From assembly GCA_029717555.1 (NCBI GenBank), contig JAMDHS010000028.1:186001-236078 (forward strand): a stretch of DNA of 50,078 nt, given 5' to 3'. Below the pieces are notes generated by a model that had not been told where the DNA came from, did not search any database, and saw only the letters and a program-made list of their open reading frames with translations. Below, in pieces: positions 13,668 through 24,637 of this stretch (its first letter is position 1; every line of letters begins with the position of its first letter). Position numbers and translations under genes: made by a program. The DNA comes from Peribolospora baueri. Taxonomy: Eukaryota.

Positions 13668-13902
13668 GGACTCGGCTCTATTCTCACTGTTTGTCCGCCA
13701 GGGTCCTCACCGGAAGGCGCCGAGATTCAGCTGATAGCGCACGTAGACGGACATGCGCGGCCCCGGACGGTGTCTCGCTCCAATCGACGACGACTCGGCC
13801 GGGAAGAAGGCCGAGGGAGCTGCGTGGGTCGACGAGAAGACGCACGGTAAACATAAGGGTCACCACAGAAGGTTCACCCGGCAACAGGGAGGTCTCTCAA
13901 AC

Positions 13903-16900
13903 ATGGGTCATCTCGTGTGCGTAGGCAGCAACAGATACATCTAGTTTGAATGGGCCGCGGGTTCCGGCGCGCTCCTTATAAATCTCACCGTCGCTCCTTC
14001 AAATCTCCTCCTTCACCACCTCAGGACGATAGCTACATGCTCTCTCAACCAGTGGGCGCTCGACTTCGACGGAAATCAGGAGCGCATCATCGAGAGCATT
14101 CGCCGCGCCAAGGCCGCCGGCGCTCGCCTGAGGGTGGGTCCTGAGCTCGAAATTCCGTGAGTGCTCGTTCGATGAGCGTCGGGGTGCGCAGACGGTGGAT
14201 ATTTTAGGGATCGCCCGAGTGTCGACGCTACCGAGGTGGTGCACGGACACACACTCACTCGTATTCTCGCCTTCCTTTCATTCCTCCATGTTCTGTATTC
14301 ATGCGCAGCGGCTATGGCGTAAGCTCGCTTTTCTCTTCCTCCTGCGTCTGCACTCGTGAAGTCTCCGCCGCTCATGCACGCCCGACCTTCGCATCTCGTT
14401 CCCTTCGTCTCCTCCACGTCTATGATGCTTTCGACAGTGCTTCGACCATCATCTCGAACCGGACACCCACCTGCACTCGTGGGAGGTGCTCTGCAATATC
14501 ATTCGCTCCGGCGTCACCGATGGCATCATCTGCGACATTGGCATGTGAGCAAGCCGTCGCTTTCTGGCGGCATTCCTTCCTCGTCCCTTTCCGTCCGCTC
14601 GTATTACCGAACAATGCCAACTTTGTGCACTCATCTCTTTTTCAACCCCCTCGTCTGACATCAAATCCGACCCCAAAAACGTTCGTCTGCAGGCCCGTTC
14701 TGCACCGCTCTGCACTCTTCAACTGCCGCGTCCTCGTCCTGAACGGCCAGATCCTCTTCATCCGGCCCAAGATGTGGCTCGCTAACGACGGCAACTACCG
14801 AGAGATGCGCTACTTCACGCCTTGGCCAGCGCACCGGAGGGGTGAGACGGAGGAGCATAGGTTGCCGATGGAGGTTGCCGGACTTACCGGGCAAGTGAGT
14901 GCCGAGACTTGGGACGGAAAGGGGATCGGAGTTGGCTGCCAGGTAGCTAGCTCGAGGCTTGCTGACACTTCATTCCCTCGTTCCCCCCACATCGTAGAAA
15001 ACCGTCCCCTTCGGCGACGCGGTCCTCCGCACCGAGGACACCGTCATAGGCGTCGAGACCTGCGAGGAGCTTTTTACGCCCAACAGCCCTCACATCGCTA
15101 TGGGACTCGATGGCGTGGAAATCTTCACCAACTCGAGCGGCTCTCACCATGAGCTCAGGAAACTTTTTACTAGAGTCGAACTCATCAAGGAGGCTACTCT
15201 CAAGGTGGGCTGCGGGTTCGTCGCCGTTGACTAGCAAATCCTCTAACACATTCCGTGACCATGTACACGCCCGTTGTTCCCCTCCTGCTAGGGTGGAGGC
15301 GTATATCTCTACGCGAACCAACAGGGCTGTGACGGTGACCGCCTTTACTATGATGGTTGCGCCCTCATCGCCTCGAACGGGCTCGTTTACGGCCAAGGCT
15401 CCCAATTCTCCATGCGCGACGTCGAGGTGGTTGTTGCGACGGTTGACCTCGACGACGTCCGTGCTCATCGCATCTCCGCTTCCAGGGGCATGCAGTCCAC
15501 CACGCTCGACCTCGGCAATGCCCATCCTGGAGCTCCGGGAATGGGCTACGGAGGTGGGAGGGGTCTAAGGAGAGTGGAGGTGAATTTTGCGCTGGGAGAG
15601 CCGGAAGGGGAGGCACTCCTCAGGCTCAATGGGATCAGGCGGGATGGTCATGGGACGGGCGGAAAGGGCCTCGGAAGCGCCATCGCTGGAGAAGGCAGCT
15701 GGCACCCGGGTGCGATCACCAGGCCGGTCGAAGTCCGTTACCACGTCCCTGAAGAGGAGATCGCGTGAGTACATGCCTTCCTCCCGGCTTTTCTTGGCAT
15801 CTTCCGGGGTGCCTTCCATCCGAATTTCGGTCCTTTGATGCTAGCCGTGGCCTATTCACACGTTGTCACTCTTGCCCCCTTTCCCTCCATGGCCTCCTCA
15901 CCGACAGGCTCGGCCCCGCATGTTGGCTGTGGGACTACCTCCGCCGCTCTCGCACTCTCGGCTTCTTCATCCCTCTTTCGGGAGGCATCGATAGCTGCGC
16001 GACATCCGTCATTGTCTACAGTATGTCTCGACTCGTATGCGGGGCCGTCGCAGAGGGAAACCAGCAGGTGCTTGAAGACGCAAGGAGGATCGCTGGAGCT
16101 TCGAAGGAGTTGGATCCAGATTACATCCCCAATGACCCGCGCGAGTTCACCAGCAGGATCTTCCATACGTGCTATATGGGCACGGAGAACTCCAGCAAGG
16201 AGACGAGGACGAGGGCCAAGCAGCTCTCGAAGGCTATTGGCAGGTGAGCCGTCGTCGCGCCCCGCGCGCTGAACTTTCCACTCGCAGCCAGCCATCCGTT
16301 GACGCCTTAAAACCTACTCTCTCCTCCTTTCGCGCCTCGTCTCCCTTGCTGACGCCGTCGTCCGATTGCCTTGGCAGCTATCACGTGGATCTGAACATGG
16401 ATTCGGTGGTCACCGCCATCCGCAGCCTCTTCACCTTCGTCACCATGCGTAGCCCACAGTACAAGGTCCACGGCGGGAGCGACGCGGAGAACTTGGCGCT
16501 GCAGAACATACAGGTTAGCGCTAGAGTTGTGGCTCGTGTTTGTGCAAGGCGAGAATGCTACGTTCTTGTGCCTGTATCTGTGCTGAACGTTCACTTTATC
16601 CATCGACCCTGTCCTCGTGCTTTTCGTCGCGTCTTCGTCCGCACATCCTAGGCTCGATTGAGGATGGTGCTCGCGTACATGTTCGCCCAACTTTTGCCGT
16701 GGGTTCGGGGCCGAGTCGGCGGCCTTCTCGTGCTCGGTAGCGCAAATGTGGACGAAAGGTGAGCTCGCCGTAACGCTGCGCTCGTGTCCGTGTCAAATTT
16801 CCTTCCACGCGAAGATAAGCACACTGATACAGGATGGCCCTCAATCGCTCCCAGCCTCCGTGGGTACCTCACCAAATACGACTGCTCCAGCGCGGACATC

Positions 16901-17785
16901 AACCCGATCGGCAGCATCAGCAAGACAGACTTGAAGCGGTTCATTTCTTGGTCCAAGGATCACCTAGACCTTCCCATCCTCGACGAGTGCGCCTCAGTGT
17001 CAAATGTTTGGAGGGAGCTTCTGGGAACGAGATGGAGCCTGCGGGTCTCATGTACACCCACTCATGTCCTTCTCTCCGTTCCTCATCCCACCCATCAGCT
17101 TCCTCAACGCGACGCCGACGGCCGAACTCGAGCCCATCACCAAGGACTACGTCCAAGCGGACGAGGCGGACATGGGTATGACATACGACGAGCTCTCCGT
17201 CTTTGGACGCCTTCGCAAGATCCAGAAGTGCGGGCCGTACACTATGTTCACCAAGCTGGTTCATGAGTGGGGCCAGAGGCTCAGCCCGATCGAAGTGGGT
17301 GCTGCTTCCGTCCTTCCTCCATGCTTGTGTCTTGCTCCTCCTTTCAAGCACCTATGCAAAAGACTGGCGATCACTCCGTCGTGGACGATCGTGTCTGTCC
17401 ACGTGCGCTGACGGCATCGTCCACGCTGAACAGATTGCCGAGAAGGTCAAGCTGTTCTTCTTCGAGTACGCGCGCAACCGTCACAAGATGACCACCATCA
17501 CCCCGGCTTACCACGCGGTGAGTCGGGAGTCAGGAGTCGTTGGCCTCTTCCCTTTCTGTCCGCGTTCGACCCTTCCTCCATCGACGAGGGAACTGACGAT
17601 GGCGCCCCTCGTCCGTCCCGTTGTCCGTCCGTGTCCCGGTCGAGTAGGAGTCCTACAGCCCAGACGACAACCGGTTCGACCTCCGGCCCTTCCTCTACCC
17701 TTCTCGCTTCCCGTTCCAGTTCCGCAAGATCGACGCTCTGGCCAAGGCGTTACCTGACTTGTCGCAGAAGCAAAAGACGGATTAG
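13903..17785 (+). CDS. QNS1: Glutamine-dependent NAD+ synthetase, multi-exon
   Basis: [22 protein letters not shown]...[16 protein letters not shown]...[19 protein letters not shown]...ETCEELF...[12 protein letters not shown]...[11 protein letters not shown]...[15 protein letters not shown]...SANVDE|...[21 protein letters not shown]...PTAELEP...[19 protein letters not shown] at 17783-17785. Confidence 0.97.
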
Positions 17786-18089
17786 GGCCGGGAAGAAGGG
17801 GCTGATTGTTTCCCTGGGGGCACTTGCTGGTATAATCGACCAGCGGGCGTCTTGTCGTATCAGAAATGACATTAAAAAAAAAAGGATGACGAGAAGACCC
17901 GATTGCGCCTCTCCCTTCAGCTTAAACGTGACGTCGCCGAGGGAGGGCCGACTTTATTGTAGTCACTCAAGGTGGGACGACGCGGTCTGCGGGACCGTGG
18001 GTGGATTCCACTCTACGCCGATGGCTACCTATACAGGATTCAGGTGGGGCCGACATTGTGATGGATGGATATAACGCGGCGTGGGTCAG

Positions 18090-19337
18090 TCAGGAAGCGT
18101 CCGACGCCTTGGTCCCCGTCCCCGCATCCGTCTCGGTCTCCTCTTTGGACTTGTTGATCTTCTCCTTGTACTTCTCTCTCGCCATCGCCTTTCTGCCCGT
18201 TCGCACCGTCCCACTTACACCGGCCTCACCGCCGCCGCCGCCGCCATCCGCATTGGACATCGACACGAGAGGGGCGTCGCGAGCCGCCAGGGACGACGAC
18301 GTCTCTTCATGGTGGATGTCTTTCGGGAGCGTCGTGAGCGAGGGGTACAACTGCAAAGAAGCGAGCTCGTTGGCCGTCGCTGGTGGTCGAGCGAAAAAGA
18401 ACGCATGCGTCAAAAGATCATCTCTCATCGGTCGGTCGGTTGCGCGTTGTCGGATTAAAGGGCTCTTTAGCCCGCATCGCCTCCGACGACAAAATTAAAA
18501 CTCACCCTTCACCGCGGCTTTGGGTCCATTCAGCGTCCTCTCCGCCTGAGAGTCTACATCCCTCCATCCCCCCTCCCTCCATTCCAAACAGCGCACATCC
18601 TTCCCCCCTCCACTGCCGTCCTTCGCAAACTCGTCGCGCACATCCAGAGTGGCCCAGATGCGCGTCGCCGAGCCATCCGGAGAGCGAGTCACGGCGACAT
18701 CCAGGACGGGCGAGCCGAGGTCGTGAGCTTGGACGCTCGGGTGAGAATGGCTTGTTTCGGTCAGACTCGAGTCCGGAGCGGGAAGCAGGGAGGTGACAGG
18801 AAGGTGGAAAATGGCGGTACAGCTGCGGGGCAAAAGAAAGGAAGCCGACGTACGTCAGACGCCAACACGTAGTCGCCACGCTCATCCTTGTGCAGCCAGG
18901 GTGATGATGTCCTGATACTCACCCTTCGTTGACGAAGAGGAGCGCCTGTTGACCGTCTAGGTCGATCAAGGTTACATGTGAGATGCACGTCTGCCCACCG
19001 ACTCGACCAACATCCCTGCTCAAGTCGTGCGTAGAAGCAGGAGGAGGAGCAGACTGCGCTGTGGACGACTGTGGAGCATTGCTACCATTCTCCTCTTTCG
19101 CTTTGTCCTTGACGCTCGGCCAGGAATGGCTTCTAGCTCGTTCTTTCTCCCAATTTATGGGTGCGCCAAACCGCCGCACGACATCGTCTACTTGGGCGGT
19201 GTGGAGAAGTCGGCCGGACATGTAGTCCCATGTGAAGATGGCGGAATCGCCGCCGGCGGAGAGCAGAAGGGTGGACGGTAGAGAGGGGTGGCTAAGAGGT
19301 CGGGGAAGCGTGAGCAGCGCGCTCACGAATCTGTCGT

Positions 19338-19369
<32 letters not shown>

Positions 19370-20425
19370 AAGGGTGGCGATAAAGTCAGAGAGAGACCAT
19401 CGGCTGCGACGAAGAACAACCCTATCATCCTCTTCGCCTTCTTCCTCTGCCCTGCCCGGCTGCTCACTTTCGATGGCCGAAAAGGAATCGCTGGATGACG
19501 TAGCCCTGAGGATACCAGCTGACGCGGACGTGCTCGTCTCGGTCCGCCGTCACGATGAACTTTTCGTCCGGAGTGAGAAGGCAGCAAGTGAGCAGGGAGA
19601 CGTGGCCCAGCACGAGCGTCGATCCCGACCGCTCGGCCTCGTCTTCCGGGTCCGCGTCCCCGTCCGCGTCCCCGTCCGCATCAGACTCTCCGGCGGCTTC
19701 GCCTCGCTCCGCACCCGGCTCCAGTTTCGCTTTTTTCGCTGGCCGTTCCGAGGGTTCCGAAGGCTCGGCGGTAGGGGCACAATGCAAGGGAAAGCTGTGA
19801 AGATGGAAAAGAGGGAGAATCGGAATCGGTGAGCGGGGGGAGTCACCCGAATACGAGCGAGCGGTCCGCTTTTCGGTGAACGAGTGGCCGGACCGAACTT
19901 ACGACCGCACGTCGCCAAACTTGTCGCCCACGATGATCGTCAGCCCCGCCTTCTCCCAGCACATTGTGCTCGCTCGCTTCGGCATCTCTCGCTCGTTCAC
20001 CAGTCGCAGCCGGGGGAGCGATCCACGTTCTCCTTCCGCCTCCAACGCTCCCTCAAAAGAGACCAAGTCCCAGATGCGGAGGACCTTGTCGTCGCCGGTG
20101 GAAGCTAGGTAGCGGTCATCGGGCGAGATGGAGAGGAGGCGCGGGAAGGGCGAGTGTGAGTTGGGCGAGTGCGGCGGCGAGAGTGCGGCGGCGGCAAGGA
20201 AAGCGCCCGAGCTGGAAGCCAATCAGAGGCGGGCAAAGAAAAGGGCGAAGAGGTCAGGAAGGCGAGGACAGATCGGGGAAGAAGACAGGTTGGGGGAGCT
20301 GGGATTCGAATCATCGCTCACCTCTCTTCCACAACCTGCAGCTGCGTGCCTCTGGCGACGACGAGCTTGGAGCCGTCGGAAGTGACGGCGATGCGCTGTG
20401 CGGGCCACCTGAGATCCGAGGACAT
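18090..20425 (-). CDS. TRM82: tRNA (guanine-N7)-methyltransferase non-catalytic WD40 subunit (Trm82/WDR4), multi-exon
   Basis: TGDDKVLRIWD, MPKRAS, IIVGDKFGDV, LGHVSLLT, IVTADRDEHVRVSWYPQGYVIQRFLFGHRK|FVSAL and LLSAGGD are Trm82 signatures. Confidence 0.92.
19338..19364. repeat. A27 homopolymer (T tract in a TRM82 intron 3' end)
   Basis: 27 consecutive A, a few nt from the intron acceptor on the minus strand. Confidence 0.95.
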
Positions 20426-21134
20426 GTCGAAGACCGACGAGCAGGGCGTGTTGTCGACGTCGTCCGTCCGTTGGCGGAGGTTGGAAGGAAACACAAGTCT
20501 ATATGAGATCGGTTCAGGCTTCGCGTGCGCGAAAAAAGGATTAGTCAGCGCACGTGGTGCGCTCAGAAGAAGCGGTGCCGGATGTGGTCCTCAGGAGTAC
20601 GGACGGCGCTCGTCAGACACCTCTCTTCTGCGACGCAAGTTGAAGGATTCGCAAACGGACGGATGGAAAAAGAAGGCAAGAGTGGACGCCACGCCGCGCC
20701 GTCTACGTCGATTGGGTGCGAAGGGGAAACAAAAGAAAACAAAAGAAAGAAAAAAAGAAAGAAAGAAAAAGAAAGAGAACGAGAAGACAAGAACGGGAGT
20801 GCGGCGGCCGTCGCACAGTCAGCTGTGAAGCAGCACCGAAGCCGAGCACGAGCGCAGCTTAAATGTGGGTCTGGCAGGGAAAGGAGAAGAGAGCGAGCGA
20901 GCGAGCGGCGAGGGCCAGGGCGAGTGAAAAAAGCGACTGGTCGTGCGTGGTGAGGGAGAGAGGAGTACAAAGGCGTCGGTCGACCTCTTGTCGACCTCGT
21001 CTCGTCTCGGCCACCCAACGTCATCCCTTCCGCCTCTTACGTGTACCTCACTCAGCTACGCGATCGCCATTTACATTTGTGTCAGTCCAGCTTTGGCATA
21101 CGGGGCGGAGAAAGAAAGAGAGAGAGGAACTCAC

Positions 21135-21302
21135 GATCACCAATGGGGTCGTTTGTATTCGGATGGATGAGCATGCTTAACGGCCCTCGCTGTCCGACGA
21201 GGAAGGGAACAAAGGCGCCAAACTGGGCGGGTGTGAAGAGGTTGACCTCGAACATGGGCCACCGGATGCGGGCCCACGGGCTTGTCCCAGAATTGGTAAA
21301 TC
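21135..21302 (-). pseudogene. DOPA 4,5-dioxygenase-family exon with a +1 frameshift; flanking exons not recognisable
   Basis: CAG|(R)IYQFWDKPVGPHPVA, an extra C at 21256-21258, then MFEVNLFTPAQFGAFVPFLVGQRGPLSMLIHPNT...D|GTGAGT. It retains the GPHP and LIHP motifs of the family. Confidence 0.75.
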
Positions 21303-21979
21303 CTGGGTGCGCGGCGTCGTGAGATAGGCTTCGATGAAAGCGGAGTGGGTCCTGCGTCCACGAATCGTCCGGCGGTGGAGGATAGCTAAGCTCAAAGGAC
21401 CCGAGGAGGTATATAAACAGCTCGTATCTCAGTCGCAATCTCCCCCAACGCCCGCCTCGCTTTCCGGACAAAGTCCCTTGTATTTGGCCGAACGACACGA
21501 TCAGATGGAAAGCCGTCCAAGCATCTACCGACCACCGGTGCGCGGCCGGTGGAGACGGCGGCGGACAAAGGCCGACGATTCTTCATGGCATTCGTCCACG
21601 AAAAGAAGGGGTCTTCCACAATCGATCGCATCAACCACGAGCGTTTCAGCACGAGCGGGAATTTTGTCAGGTCAAGCGCGGGACGCGCGAGCGCGCGGGC
21701 TTTAGCGAGGTAATGCGACAGTGTAGGAAGGGGGAGGACACGGGGATGAACACAGAGGAGCCTAAGAAAACCGGGACTGAATCGAACCGTTGGTTCGAAC
21801 GCAAGGGTGGGTAGGCGGCGTGATGAGAAAGACAAAGGGGATCGATTGGGCAGGAAGCCGGGATGGATGCGGGGAAGCGACGCGACGCGACGCGGTGGGC
21901 GAGGGCGAAGCGCTGACGGTACGTTGGCCTTTGCAGAGAAGACGGCCGAACACAGCAGGTATCGATGGCGCACGCATGC

Positions 21980-23148
21980 CTAGAAGGCGGTCGTGTCGCG
22001 CTCAAAATTCCAGTCGCAAGACGATGCAGCGAGGCAAGAGATGCGGAAGAGAGGAGGGGGCTCGGGAGCGATGCGTCCGCGGGCATAGCCGTGGTACCTG
22101 CCATAGATCTGGTCAATCTCCTCTCCTTCTCCCTCCTCGCCGCTCTCCTGCTCGCTCACTCCATTCATAGGGCTGTCGCATATATCGACGTCTGAGTCGA
22201 CGGACCATTCTGGCTTGACGAGAGGAGACATGTGTGGCCTGGCAACAAAGACGCCCATGCTGTTGAAGAGCTGGACGTGGTCGAAGTGCTGCGCCTTGTC
22301 CATCTCCTCGGTCTTGGTCGGCTTGGGCGTCCTGTTGATCTCCTTGGGGGAAGGGGAGCGCCCTGCCGCCGCCATAGCGGTCGGATCCGGAAGAACGAAG
22401 GACAGGTGGAAGCCCGTCGTTGGTTCCTCTCCCATCCCCGCGGCCCGACTTTTGTCGTATCGTCGCCACTCACCCTTCCTCTTGCGACCGGCGGCCACGG
22501 CGGCAGCCACGGCGGCGGCGGCCGCCTTGTTCGCCTTGCCTCGCGCTCTGGCCTTTGCGGAAAGGGACTTGATCTTTTTGGGAGATGACGGCCGCCGCTT
22601 GAGCCTCTGAACCGTCTCCATGTGGCTTTCGTCGGCTTTGTCGGTGGTGGCCTTGGGAGGGACATGGACGTCGTTTGGCTCGTGCGCGACGGGTTTCTCG
22701 ACTGGCCGGTCGACGGCGACGGCAACGGCGGCGGCGACAGCACAACGAGTGCGCCGGGAGAGGGGAGCGAGGGCGAGCTCGACGGGCACGGAGTCTTCCT
22801 CGGCCGCCGCCCACCGCGCGTCGGTTTCAGCCTTTTTCGGTCTGCCGACGGGGAGACGCTTGGTGACCTCACAGGGGATGCCGAGCTTTCGGCAACGGTC
22901 GCATTGGGCGTGGGGGTGCAGGGCGTCTCTGTCGCAGGCGAGCTTGCGGGTGCGGCTGGAGAAGGAAGGGGATTGAAGAGGGCGGAGAGGTTGAAATGGA
23001 GACGTCTCGGGCTGGAGTGAGTGGGCATGATGGTCGTTCGACGGCGGCAAAGGAAGGAGGAGGAAGAAGGAGACAATGACGATGGCGCTTACCAGGACTC
23101 GCAAGTGCGCCGGTAGGGAAGCGGGCCGCTCTCTTCTCCACGGGCCAT
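21980..23148 (-). CDS. Small Zn(II)2Cys6 transcription factor (~340 aa), cluster split by an intron
   Basis: Exon 1 (23148-23093) MARGEESGPLPYRRTCESC, GTAAGC...CAG intron, exon 2 from 22955 RTRKLACDRDALHPHAQCDRCRKLGIPC...GRPKK. All six Cys are present. Confidence 0.8.
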
Positions 23149-24637
23149 GGCTACGGAGGGAGTGAGTGGAGGAGTGAGTTGGAGTGAGTGGTAATAAGTG
23201 GAAGGGAGGGTGGACTAGGCAGGCAGGGAAGGAAGCGAGCGGGGCGAGGGAGAGGGAGTGAGGAGGAAGGAAAGACGGAGTCGGGTTTCCACTTGGCTTG
23301 TCTACCCTCTTGCCTGTCCCTCGTCCCCGTCGTCCACCTGCCCGCGATCTTCTTATAGCCTTGCGCGATCGTCCCATGCCGCCCAAGGGAGGCGAGGGGA
23401 GGCGAGGGACGCAAGCAAGGTGGCAGACGGCCCGACGGACTGATGTATAGACAGACAAGACAGACAGAAAGAAAGAAAGACAGATCGCTCTTCCATCCTT
23501 CCAAACCCACCCCGCGCATCCATCGCCCGTCGTCCGTCCGCCGCCACGCCCCAATGTATGCGGTCTGGTCTGGTCTGCGCAGGTCAGGTCATGTCAGGTC
23601 AGTCGCATTCGGCTCGGTCGGAGGAGCGGGCAGCCAAGGTGGGAAATCAGCGACGAGGGGCGCACACACATAGCGACGGCGAGAGGAGCGGCATAAACGG
23701 TCGTTCGTTCCCGCGACCTGGCGTCGGACGTGCGTCGGGCAGATGAAGGATGGGTGCGGGGATGGAGGACATGGCGCATCTGGACCGCGCTCGTCGTTCT
23801 GTCCGTCCACTCCGTCCAAACCGTCCCATCCTGCCAAACACTGCCAACCCTGTGAACCGTGTGAACCCTGTGGCGCTGCTGTTTGTAGACCCAGGTGAGC
23901 AGGGTCAGTAGGGTCAGTAGAGTCGCCATGCATGGGCATACTTGACCTTGCTCCCCCTTGGAGCGTGTGAGTGTACGCGGGCTATAGGCTCGGCAGGAGC
24001 ACGGCACGCAAGCTCAGCTCGACAGACGGGCGTGGAAATGGATTTCCAGCGCACGCACGCCGGCCTCCGACGTCTCCCTCCTCCTTCTTGCCGTAGCGGT
24101 TAGTAGTCGGACAAGCGAAGCAGCCTCGTGTCGCGCGCCATGTTGCTATCCTGTGCCGACGGCAGTCCTCCCGGTCCATCCCTCCCTCCGTCCCGCTCGA
24201 GCACGCGGCCTCCTAACGTCGTCCATCCAATCACCGCACAGCCTTTGAAGCTCAGCGGCCTCCTCGACGCCGCGTCCTTCTTGGCCGACGCCGGCCTGGC
24301 TGCGCAGACTAGTGACAGTGAGTGGATAGACAAGGAGGTGGTTCGCTCCTTATTCTAAGTTGACCCAGCCCGCGCTAAGAAAGTAAGTATGTATGTATGT
24401 ATACACGTGCATGACATGACATGACGGCCGGCCCTTGGAGGTGGTCGACGGACTGGTTAGCGCCGAGGCTAAATAAATAAATGAACCAGTGTCCGAGCTT
24501 CCTTCCTTCCGTCGACGGGTCTAGGCAAATTCTTCCCGTCTTCTCCGCCCGTCTTTCCTTTCTCCGTCCCTCCGTCGTCCATCCCATCCCATCCCATCCC
24601 ATCTCATCCATCCCTGGCCGATCAATGCTTCCATGTC

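Noticed and set aside
23743..23894. Cys-rich metallothionein-like mini-exon (CQPCEPCEPC)
   Set aside because: The pattern comes from a 9-bp repeat, and splicing to the 24242 exon gives an immediate stop.
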